Source: Dirinaria sp. TL-2023a
Lineage: Eukaryota
Length of the DNA: 48,442 nucleotides
Direction of reading: 5' to 3'
NCBI GenBank assembly: GCA_051941275.1
Contig: JAVEBF010000025.1
Span: 1-48,442, forward strand
The translations under genes were made by a program, and so were the position numbers. Under the pieces are notes generated by a model, which did no database searches, was not told the DNA's origin, and saw nothing but the letters and a program-made list of their open reading frames with translations. Numbering within the stretch: position 1 is the first letter of the stretch; every line of letters begins with the position of its first letter. This document shows positions 37,958 to 48,442 of the stretch, piece by piece.

Positions 37958-39228
37958 GACGTCCTAGATCGTGGTCTTATTCACGTTAAAACGAATGATG
38001 GATTACCATCGATCGAATCAATGGAATTTTCCTGACGTCTTGAACAAGCTTCGCAATTCGTCTTTTGAGTATATGCAGATGGAAGAGCGTGGAGAGATAC
38101 GCTACTTGACCTGTAGAGCGGCAAGTTCGAGGGTTGATTTTGTTGGGATTCGGCGTCTGCCCGCGCAACTCTGTCCTAATAGAGCGGCTTCTCCTCTTCG
38201 ACGGTTCAGCTGACCTCGGATGCGGAGAAGCTCGGCATCTTCCAAAAGGTGGCGCAGTGACGCAATGGAGGTGCCGGCTAAGGCAGGTGTTACAAAACTT
38301 CTACGCCGTACGTACCTGCATGTATCTTGCAGGCCATGCCACTTCTATATGGTCTGCTCCCTAGCTGTCAGGTCGGCAGTCTCAATCTTGCTCGTCTTGG
38401 TTCTATCATAGAATAACAAACTGAAGAAGAGAATATAAGCAGAATATTGGTCAAAACTGAGTTCCTGAGCGAGCGACTGTGATGAAAGTAGGTGATAGAG
38501 GTATCTTCAGTTGGGGTTCAGTGTCGGCTATACTTGCTCTGACATCTCAGGTCTAACCCGCATTGGACTAGCCTTTTGGCCAAAGTTCTTCGGAATTGAT
38601 TCATCACTCAGATTGTTGCAACACCAACACAGAAACAATCGATATTTCGTAGCCACAGCTCCGAAATCCGACCCTTAGGAATATCACAAGCAAACAATCA
38701 TCCAGTAACACATACCGGGTATTTTCAACGATCATATACCCGGCCGCTCCAAGATCAGCGTGATTACTGGAATTAGCCAATTACATTAGGGCAATTCTTG
38801 GACTCTGGACCGTTCGAGAGATCTTCCTCCGGCTTCCAAGCTTAAAACCAACCTCAAAGGGCTGAACTTAGAAGGCCGTGCGGTTTAGTCTAACGCTGAG
38901 GAGAGAGACAATATTGTGACTAACATGCTTGTCTCTAACCTCTCTTGGTAGTCAAAGCATCGTCATCGTCAGCACCTCTTTTAAGTGTCTTCACTCCTTC
39001 GATCTTAGGGATCAATAGTGAGGGAATCTTGACTTTAGTGCGTTGTATACACCTTGACATTGAGCACATGCCACAATCTCTAGTGGTATCATGGCTCTGT
39101 CTCTGACCAGATGTGACGTAATGATTTCATGTGCGAGAAAAAGAAAGGAATGGAAGAAACGATGCACCGGGGAGACGTCTAATACTACTAATGGGCCCTT
39201 CATACTTTCGTCACGTACGCCAGTTATC

Positions 39229-41117
39229 TCACCATTTCTTTGCTGGCGTGACTGGACACAGCCTCTGCTGTGCATCTTCGGCCCAATATTCGCTGCCCAC
39301 CGCCGTTTTAGCATACCACACGCCCGTGGGGTCATATTTTCTTTTGATAGCGAGCTGTTGGGGATAATTTGCACCATAGAAGCTCTGCTGCCAATTCGGG
39401 TCATCGGCATCTGCCTCATTCATATAGGTGCCTCCACCCTGACTCACAGGCGCCAGGGACTCGAGTGCGCTAGTCCAGTGCTGTGTGATGAATTTTCGCG
39501 CGTCGACGTTCTCCTGGAACGGTGCGCTGTCATTGTAAGGCTTCCCAGCTACAAGGTCAATGATGCTGTTGCGCCACGCAGGCAGCACTGAGTTGTTCGG
39601 GGGCTGAGAGACTTTCAGCGAAGGGTTCATGACGGCTTCGACCATGGTTGCGCCATCGTCGAAGAGCGACTTGAATGCTTTTGATACTGCGGCCGGTTGC
39701 TGAGTTATGATGTTGCGTGGAATAAGCCGGCTGGTCCATTGCAACGTGCCTGATCCCAGATAGGGGAAAAGGCCTTGGTAAGCCTTGTTGAAAGTGGGGT
39801 AGGTGTAAGACGTGAAATTGTACGTCAGACTGGGATGTTTCAATTTCAATTTCTCGAGATGGCCAACAAACGGCTGAATGAGTGCAACTGCTTGCGCTTT
39901 GTTTAATTCCGGAGCGAAGAGCGGCCAGACCTGGAAATACCCAGTCTGGTAGAAGGCGTAGGCGTAAGCGCCTGCATCGGTGATGTTGGGGGTAAGGGTG
40001 TGCCATAAATCAATCAAACTCCAAAATTCGGCTTCGGAAATCACGCCTGCGTACGGGAAGGTGAGAATGGTACCGCTGACCTGGAAATCCTTGAAGATCT
40101 TGAAAGTTACTGATTTGATGTAGGCAATTGTACCGCCCGAACCGCTGCCGCTGAGAAACCAGTAGATGTCTTGATTTTCTTCCGGCGTGGCTGTAAAGGA
40201 TGTTCCGTTTGCCAATATACCTTCAATTTCGAGGATCTTGTCTGCGGCCAGGCCTAGCTTGGAAGTTGTGGGTGCGTGGCCTCCCGCGAAAATGTAACCT
40301 CCTGCCAGTCCCACAGTAGGGCACTCCCCACCAATAGCCATGTACCCTTGCTTCTCTAGGAAGTTGTATACCTCGCCTACCTGCACGCCGGCCGAGACTT
40401 GCAGCGCTGGTCCGTTATAGCTAGGGCTTTTATAATTCTGTAATATAGGGCTTATCTCTTTCAAGTGGTGCGTCCATAGAGCCAACGCGCCATAACCAGT
40501 GGACTTGCCCAGGTAGCTACTTCGCGCTTAGCTAACATTTTTTATCGAACCCATGAAAACTTGGAAGAAAATACGTACTCATGACCGGTGTTCCGGATCA
40601 AAAGTCGAATGTTGTTTTTCTTCGCAAAAGCAATACCAGCCCTGGCATCATCATCTTCAGTGACATTTATTGCGTACTGGACATAGCTGCCAATCCCGCA
40701 TTTGCCTTCACTTTGATCGGCAATCGGGTTGCAGCTGTCATTTGCAAAGTATGTTTGCATGATACTTGAGGAGCTCTGCTCATGAAATGCTGGGTCATGC
40801 CAGCCTTTTTTGACGGCTGCACAGGCAGCTTCGTTGTATGTTGACGGTTCATATTTCTTTGTCGTCACGTCGTATGTGCTGTGATAGCAGGGTGCAGCGA
40901 CTGGTACAGTGGCGATTAAGCGGCCGCTAACAGTTTTGTTCAGTATAGCCCATTGCTGCTCTGAGGGCCATTCAGGGTCCGAAGGAATGAAACGACATCC
41001 GCCTTTGACCGCGGGAACTGAGGTATAAAGCTCAGCTAGCGCGTTGCCGGCGTTGACAGAGAACAAAAAAAGCAGTGTGCAGCAAGCCGAAAGTAGTGAC
41101 AGCTGTGATGAAACCAT
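39229..41117 (-). CDS. secreted FAD-linked oxidoreductase (BBE/VAO-like; FAD_binding_4 plus BBE domain), 2 exons
   Basis: Signal peptide; CRFIPSDPEWPS; RNTGHD|YLGKSTG (His for covalent FAD); GGECPTVGLAGGY (second, Cys, FAD link); C-terminal YMNEAD...FYGANY..L..IKRKYDP. Confidence 0.95.
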
Positions 41118-42982
41118 AGCGCCGTTTGGATGAGGCTTTACAGCACCAGAGAAAGTGAACTAGCACTAGCTCAAGAATAGCTTTAGAGAGGAAATTCGTG
41201 ATTTATAAGGATCATAATAATATTATATTATCAGTCCGCAGTCTTTCAACAGTCTAAGCGCGCTCTCACAGAGATTAAGAAAGCCTGGATGATTTGGCGC
41301 TTCATTTGCGATACGTCTCTAGATAATTCGATAGAGAAAGAGGATTCTGGACAGACGAGCAAGTCGGCGAACAAGTGGCAATCTTTGAGCATGAAAGGAT
41401 TCGCCACGCATCCCGTAGGATTTGCATGACGCCTTTTTTCTTCAGCTTGATGACTTCGATCGGCTCTGGTTCAAAGCTTACCTGGTCCTTAGCTGAGGTC
41501 TGACGGCTGAATGCAAGCGTTATTCTAGTTCAGATGCTAGCCCCATCGTGAGGGGAGCTTGAAAGGCTAGCATGAGCCAATAGAAGGCACAAGTTTTCCA
41601 GGACACCAGTTTGTAAGTCTTACCTTTATTAGAATAGCAAGCTGCAGTCTCAGTAAAGCACCTAATCATGCTCTCGAATACTTCATCCGTGCTGAGATCT
41701 GCGATGATGCGACCGCGAAGGCTCTGCGATAGGAACTCAACATGCAACGCCGCCTTCTCGATATCATTGAAGGGCCTGAGCGCCTGTGCAACACTGGAGA
41801 AGGAGCAGCAGCACCACCGGCAATCTTCGAATGATAATGATTTTTTTCACTGGTACTTCAAGCAGCTCATATATTGCAGCTGTCATACTTCAAGCATTAC
41901 GAATTCAATCGCAGCCAACAACGACCTGACTCCATTGTTCGCATTTCGTGAGGCTGTGAGCATATAGGAAAAATCGTTTTCAGGAATGAAGATCTTGAAT
42001 CTGCCTCCGAAACGACACTAGAAGCCAAGAAACGCCTCATAACCCCAATCCTAAAGGTCAGCTGGATACTCATAAAGACTATGAGTAGGTATGACTTGAT
42101 CAATCGAGCTTTGCAATGATCGAACTAATAGTTCTGAAATACTAGACAATGTAAGTGGGCTGGACCCTCGGGCGGCCTGGTATCCCTGCTCCTGCTTGAA
42201 AATTGCTGATAGAATTTTTCACAGGACATGTCCTATTCGGAGAATACTGTCGTGGGCCAAAGGTTACATCAACTGCAATTCAACCCACTCTCCCTTGATT
42301 TTCCAGTGACATGGACATTTCTTTCGCTGACTGCGCAATACTCTCCTTTACTATGGATCTAAGTATTCTCGTTGTCGTGTCTAGCGAACCGCTAGCTCTG
42401 GGGCGCTCGGCGAAAGCTGTCCGCTCCATATCCCTCCCACTCTAGGCCCTTTCCTGTCTTGGCTCGATGCTCTGTCCAATGAAAGTTATGGCAATCTCCG
42501 CGACATAAAGATTGATCGATAAGGAGCGAAAGTGAAGTCCACTTGACAGACGGGAGTCTGCAAATGTAGCTACGCTCTGTCAACTACGAGCTGTTCGGGA
42601 CTTTACGATTCTATCACAGCAAGTAAGAGAATCGCTTGCAGGGCTAGGAACCTTGACTTTTCGATAGCGGGAGTGGCATGGAGAGGTATGGTAGAGCCTG
42701 AAATATGAAAAATGGACAGTCGATAGACGGGGATGTCGTCGCTGCCAGTTGTAATGCAGCAGTCCAAGAAAGGGATGCCGGCGAGGAGGGGGTGCATAGT
42801 AACGAAATTCAGTAAAGCAGAGATGCGTGATTAAAGCACTATCTAAAACACAACTATTCTATACTCGCCTTCGGGAGCCGAAAGCATGCTGAGAAACTTC
42901 CCACTTTGGGCTATCTTAGTTGCAGTTCTTTGCCCAGTCAGCCATCGACTATCTGTCTTCCAGCGCATCTTGTCAGTCTCGT

Positions 42983-44683
42983 TCACATGATAAACAAGTT
43001 CTTTAATGAAATCGCCTGCCATAGTTGGGACCAAGTCCGCCCGCTTGATTGTGTATGTTTGAGATCTGATGCCTCTGGCTTTATCGCGCATGTTTGCGGA
43101 TGTTCGCCATCTGATACCTCTAAAGTTGTCTCGCCTGGTTGCGTGAGTTTGTGATCTGATACATCTGACTTTGTGCCGATTAACTGTATGCCGCCTGTTT
43201 GCGTACTTATGAGATCTGACACCTCTGGCTTTATCCCGTCTGATTGCGTACGTTCGAGATCGTATATCTCTGACTTAATATACGCTGAAACTTCGTCGTC
43301 TTCGACGCTCATTTCTAGCATATCGTCAGGTATCCATCGCATAATCAGAGCGGCAAGCTGAGAAAGCCGGCCCCTTGAGAGATGAGAGTACAGCAATCCT
43401 GATGAAATCAGGCCTTTTAAGGTCAAGGTTTCGAGGTGTAATATATTCCCCAGCTGTGTTGCAACGTCTTTCCAGGAGCCATCGTGCAGACAAATAGCCT
43501 GTAGCTTGATATGGAGAAGTGTGGCTTGGTGTCAATAATAGAAGTCTATTAGCATAGACGGCTTGAATATCATGCTGCTTAGGTTCAGAGTGACTAGACG
43601 CGGCCAGTGGACATTTCCGAGAGTGGCATTAAGTCCAGCAGGCTTGAAAAAGATTTCTAATGAGACCGTCTCTAATTTTGGGGCTTCTTGCAGAAGTGTT
43701 CTCAACGTGGACCCAGCTTCCATAGGGTCAACTTGTTCCGCAGTACAATTGAACTCCAAACATCACACGTTTTCCAAAATTACTTGGAATGAAGTAGCAG
43801 CGTATCCATCCAAAAGCAACCCGAATGGCATGGGTGAGGATTGTGAACCGTAGTTGAAGTGCGTAATGTGCGGACTGTGTTTAGAGGCCACCTTTAGGAA
43901 AGTTGCGAGACTGTAGGTATCCCATATTTGCTCCGATCCAGGTTCGCTGTAAAGCCTGCCATGTTCGCTTACATCAAGTTCATCGCAGCGCCGCCCCTTT
44001 TTCATGGCAGTCAAGAGCGATTCATCCTTGACGTGACACCAGTATCTCGTTGACCATTTATAAAACCAATCTGGAGCGATATTAGGAACAAGGTTCTGAA
44101 CTGTTGGTTCAGTGTAATCTGGTCTGTTGCCAGCCATGATAGTGATTCTTCTGAGGTGGCGAAATTTCTCCAGACCCTTCGAGAGAACATCGACGTCTCC
44201 GTTATGATGTAGGAAATCCTGCTCCTCCCCAAGCATCTTCATAGAGTGTCGATGGTTCCTCACGACGTTCAATTGGTACTTTGGCATTGGATACTCCTTG
44301 ATGTCTCCTAAGCGTGGTTCTCTCCGATATGATGGTAGGTTTTTGAGATTGAAAGGGATGTCATGATGCAAAAGCGCGTAGTAGGTGAATTGTTTGTTGT
44401 ATTCATCGAGCCGGATCAAGCGTAGCAAGGACATTCTCGCATCGTAAATCAGTTCCTCTACCCCTACAGCAAAGGCCGGCTCATGCGCGATTCGTTTGAA
44501 GTTCGCCATTATCTCTTGGCGTGGGAAAAAGTAAATACGCCGGAACAGCCACCGGGAGCCGCTCGCAGCCCATCTTCGCGAAGTTAAACGGCAACTCTTC
44601 AGGCTCGATATGTCAAGATGCTTAAAGATTTGGACTAGGATCTCGTCCGGAAGGTCTTGTATTGATCGAGCCATGGTAAACAA
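42983..44683 (-). pseudogene. F-box domain protein gene with two in-frame premature TGA stops
   Basis: N-terminal F-box IQDLPDEILVQIFKHLDISSLKSCRLTSRRW. ORFs 43763-44683, 43532-43759 and 42983-43426 share one frame, interrupted only by TGA at 43763-43765 and 43532-43534. LRR-like segments PKLETVSL, WPRLVTLNLS and HQATL..IKLQAI.L..GSW. Confidence 0.8.
43040..43280 (-). repeat. about 5 degenerate 15-aa (45-bp) repeats in the F-box C-terminus
   Basis: IKSEIYDLERTQSDG / IKPEVSDLISTQTGG(IQLIG) / TKSDVSDHKLTQPGE / TTLEVSDGEHPQTCA / IKPEASDLKHTQSSG. Confidence 0.7.
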
Positions 44684-45859
44684 GATCTGTTCATGGGGTT
44701 CTGAGAGTGCCCAGAAGTGAGCGTGTTGGATTTCGGGGAAAGGGATGCTTACAAGCGGCTCCTTAAATCATGGGCAATTGGAGTGATGAGTAAAAGGCGT
44801 GACCATTTTCTACGCTACACCGAATTCGAGTTAGTGACCACACAGCCGAGGGAAGGCCATGATGTTTGCACAGATACGCTTCGCGGCCTCAGCGCAACTC
44901 TGATGAGCCTGTATGAACGAGTGTTGATTTCTTAAGGTAAACCGAAATGCCTCGGCTAAACTTGCTAAAAGCAGGAATTGGATTAGCCCGCACGAGATCC
45001 GACCTTATGATACCTGGATACTGGATATCTCTTTCCCTTACTTCGTACCTTCTACTTCTAGCCCCGGCTAACAAATGCGGAACCTCGGATTTTCTCACAA
45101 GCCAGGCATTTGCCCATAAGTAGTGTTTTTAGCTAGTTGACTTACGAACAATATCTATTTCCAACGACCCTTGACGTCGCCCACCCAAATCTAACCTAAA
45201 CAGTCAAGCTCACTCCTCCATGTTCTCTTGCGACTGCTACTTGCAACGACGTCAGACCTCGAGTACAGTCTGTGTGTAAATGGCAGCGAGGTGATGGTAT
45301 AAGTATCATTCTTTGGCGCGAGCCGGGTGGATCAAACGTTAAGATACATTATACTACTCCTTGATATACAGAATTGCATCCCCGGAATAGCCTTAGAAAC
45401 TCCCTATACCAAGGCTTTTTACCTTCTACGACGAGACACACATAGATCATGGACGCAAAAACCGGTGTCGTTGCAACCCTTCATAGTATGCCCTGCTTTA
45501 GGCATATTGCAAATTTTGACATACTGTTTTTGTCGTACAGAAGACGACCTCTGGTCCCATAAACGCAAAGAACGAGGGTTGCTAGCATGATATGAAGGAA
45601 AGAGGAGTGAGAGACTATTGTACTCAAGAATATGGACATATATGGCCATGGAAGTGTTCTGCTCATACAACCTAGCTTGCCGGCATTTCTGGCAATGCAG
45701 TCCATCATGCTATCAATCAACACCAAAAGTGTTGTTCTCGCTGCCTTAGACCTCGCACTAATGAAGATCTCGTATTCGCTTCTGATGGCGTTGATATTCG
45801 AGGACTCCACTTTCCTTAAGCGAGATTTCACATCACAACTGCTCTACTTTGCCTCAATT

Positions 45860-46090
45860 CGAGACCTTTCCTTCCTCTGCTTCCTGCACCATCACTCATC
45901 CCCACGAGCTGCGTCTCTCTCCTGTTGCTTTGGAACCGCCAACAAAATCTTTGTTTTTCGCTCGTCAAGTCAAGTGCTTGACCTCACCTCGCGACCTTTC
46001 CTCCTGTCTCTACTTCCTGCATCACTCGTCCTCGCGAGCTGCGTTCCTCTCTTACTGCTTCGGGACGGCCAACGAACTCTTTGTTCTTTG
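45860..46090. repeat. ~100-bp imperfect direct repeat, 130-bp spacing, upstream of the last gene
   Basis: cgagacctttcc...catcactcatccccacgagctgcg...gccaacaaaatctttgtt at 45860 versus cgcgacctttcc...catcactcgtcctcgcgagctgcg...gccaacgaactctttgtt at 45990. Confidence 0.75.
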
Positions 46091-46108
46091 CTGCTTCAAT
46101 CAAAAGCC

Positions 46109-48331
46109 ATGCATAAACTCATTGTTCTAGCGATCACATCAGTGGTCAGCTATTTGATGAGTGGTTTGATTGATAATTCGTCTCTCGCTTTGTGCGAGCA
46201 CCTCACGGGTCAGGTGCTTGCATATGGTACTCGCGCAAAAGCTTGCTTGGAGCTGGTATGTATCCATTTCTCGTGTCCTATCCCATGTGCTGGTCTGGTG
46301 GCTAAATAGGAATCGTCCGAACAGTTCGAAATCCTGCCTCTTTTCGAAAAGAAGAATGCAGCAGCGCCGGTCGATGAGCTCAGCTTTTTGACGCTTCCCA
46401 TGCCACCGCTCTCTGCAAAGGGAGATCTATCAAGTCTCACCGAGCAATGTAAGACTCTTGTGCTATTTTATCGAGGCTCAAGGTGACATTACACAGGGGA
46501 CAGCTTCTTTACCGCTCTTGTGTGGTTGTCATTTTTGACACCGTTTCTGGTTCTTGCTGTTGTTCTGACCAAGCAGCTGCGTCATGTTTCTCACCTCTCC
46601 AATGACGATGGAACTCAGGAGAGTGAGAATGACAACCCAATTGCCATCAATGAGCTCGAGCCAACTAAGATCGCCAAAAACGAGACGAGCAGCTACAAAG
46701 ACGAGGGAGTACAGACGGACGAATCTACGAGACCGGACTCTCACCTCTCCAATGACGATAGAACTCAGGAGAGTGAGGATGACAACCCATCTGCCATCAA
46801 TGAGCTCGAGCCAACTAAGTTTGCCAAAAAAGAGACGAGCAGCTACAAAGATGAGGGAGTACAGACGGACGAGTCTACGAAACCGGACGCCCACGACTAC
46901 AAAGACGCCGGTGTACAAACAGATCGGTCAGCAAGCCAAGACGACGTAGTGATACCACTAGTGACCGAGTACGCGCCGCCTCTGTCAAAGTCCGCCCAAT
47001 ATTACAAACGCAGTCGAGACCGTCACCGGAACGCGTTATGGGACATTCTGGACGAGCTCGAAGGGACTCCAAGGTTCAAGAAGGAGCTAGAGAGATGCAA
47101 GTCCGAGGCCGAAGAGAATAAGAAGTCTTATGCGAAACTCTACGACGTTGCTAAACGTGAAAAGGCGAGCGCGGAGAAATGGGCCTGCGTAGCTGAGGTC
47201 GATCTAGAGGATCAGAGGGCTTACGCGTTCGCGGAGAAGGATTCCCTTGAGCTTGAGTATGACAATCTTAAACAGGAGAAGGAGGACCTCGAGGAGCAGC
47301 TGGCCTCGTCTCAAGAGCAGCTTCGACAAGCATTGGAACGTATCGAAACCCTATCGAGCCATGAATTCTCACCAGTTGCTGGTGAAGATGAGAAAAACGA
47401 TGGCGATGGGACACAAGAAGCTGGCGAGCCGGAGCCTGCAACCTGCGAAAGCAAAGATCAGATACCCGAACCTCTTGCATCTGATGTCCCGCAGTCCCCC
47501 GAACCAGAGCGTCAACCATCCTCCGAAGCAATTACAGGACCCATCGAACATTCGGCAGATGAACTCTCGAAGACTTCCGAACAAGATTCAATCGCATCAG
47601 AGCATCAATCATTCTTCGAGACAATTACAGAATCTCTCGAAGATTCGACAGATCAACTCTCGAAGGTTTTCGAACAAGATTCAATCGCACCAGAGCATCA
47701 ATCATGCTCCGAGGCAAATACAGGACCTCTCGAAGATCCGGCGGATGGACTCTCGGAGGCTTCCGGACAAGGTCTGATCATGGACTCTCCAAAAGAAGCA
47801 AACGAAAATGAGGTAGACGAAGCTTTAGAAGGATCCGAACCGGACGAGATCATCGACTCTCCAGCAGTAAAGCCGACCAAGACTGAGTCTCGTCTACAAC
47901 TCGCTTTCCTCTTTTTCGTCCATGCTTATTTTTTGCCGACCTCGTTCCTCCTCCTATTCGCTTTCCTGTTCTTCTTCATTCGTGCATGGCAGCAGCGCAA
48001 AGAAGAAGAGATAAAGACGAAAGAAACAGATGAAGTTTCAAAAGAGCTTAAACCGGATAAGATCACCGGCTCTTCAGAAAGTGAGACGAGCGAGACTCCC
48101 TCTCGTCTTCTTACTGCTTTCATCCTTCTCGTCCATCTTTACTTCGTCCCGACGTTCTACCTTCTGCTGTTCGCTTTCCTGTTCCTCTTCTTTGTGGCAC
48201 GACAACAGCGCAAGGAAGAAGAGAGAAAGAGGAAAGAAGCAGAGAAAGCTGAATTGGAAGATCTGATCCATCGATTCGGGCGATTATCTATCCGGAACAA
48301 GAAGAGTCCGTCGAGGAAGAGTCGAAAATGA
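46109..48331 (+). CDS. repeat-rich acidic membrane-anchored coiled-coil protein, 3 exons
   Basis: ATG at 46109 (MHKLIVLAITSVVSYL). Introns 46256-46309 (GTATGT..CTAAATAG) and 46449-46496 (GTAAGA..CACAG) join in frame to ORF 46520-48331. Contains a TM segment, a coiled coil (ELEYDNLKQEKEDLEEQLASSQEQLRQALERIE) and two duplicated C-terminal hydrophobic segments. Confidence 0.75.
46589..46888. repeat. 150-bp near-identical tandem duplication (50 aa x 2)
   Basis: tctcacctctccaatgacgat...gtacagacggacga at 46589 and 46739. Confidence 0.95.
47521..47772. repeat. 93-bp (31-aa) tandem repeat, about 2.7 copies
   Basis: Units start at 47521, 47614 and 47707 (SEAITGPIEHSADELSKTSEQDSIASEHQSF and variants). 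Confidence 0.9.
47888..48230. repeat. duplicated hydrophobic/TM module at 213-bp spacing
   Basis: SRLQLAFLFFVHAYFLPTSFLLLFAFLFFFIRAWQQRKEEE (47888) and SRLLTAFILLVHLYFVPTFYLLLFAFLFLFFVARQQRKEEE (48101). Confidence 0.9.
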
Positions 48332-48442
48332 CACAGAGAAAGCGAAGTCAAAAGGTTCGAGTACCGTCGTGAACTGGTTTAGCAGGTGTTCCGACGTCGA
48401 ATTTGAATACCTTTCCTCCATTCTTCGTGTCCGACTTCAAAA

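Noticed and set aside
45632..46108. 5' part of the 225-aa ORF and antisense ORF 45481-45831 as genes
   Set aside because: No recognisable domain and it overlaps the upstream direct repeat. ATG 46109 with a hydrophobic N-terminus gives a more coherent model.
46589..46930. Repeats of the last gene as a Kex2-processed RiPP precursor
   Set aside because: The repeats are not delimited by KR/RR sites, they sit within a large TM/coiled-coil protein, and they are 38 kb from the DUF3328 gene.

Overview
Intron-containing genomic DNA from a filamentous ascomycete (Pezizomycotina). Introns are short GT-AG with CTAAC/CTGAC branch sites. A lichen-forming lineage is plausible but cannot be proven from sequence. 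It reads as an accessory, secondary-metabolism-rich region. The most notable locus (3.5-9.5 kb) holds a class B flavin monooxygenase, an MFS transporter, a five-exon UstYa/DUF3328 oxidase with two HxxHC motifs, and a divergently transcribed tiny secreted acidic Tyr-containing peptide gene (9327-9503) missed by the ORF track. Together these make a candidate compact dikaritin-like RiPP cluster with an atypical non-repetitive, Kex2-site-free precursor. Two related degenerate 12-bp arrays (3077 and 12892) bracket this locus. Further on are two PTH11-like rhodopsin-domain genes, a Cys-rich single-pass membrane protein and several secreted proteins. A second group of tailoring-type genes (DHA1 MFS, PEBP, 10-Cys secreted protein, salicylate-hydroxylase-like monooxygenase, BBE-like oxidase) has no backbone synthase in the window. 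The window also contains a Vps4-like AAA fragment with a Walker B E->K change, an F-box gene broken by two in-frame TGA stops, several decayed ORF relics, and a repeat-built membrane/coiled-coil protein at the right end. Gene models were spliced by eye; no database searches were run.
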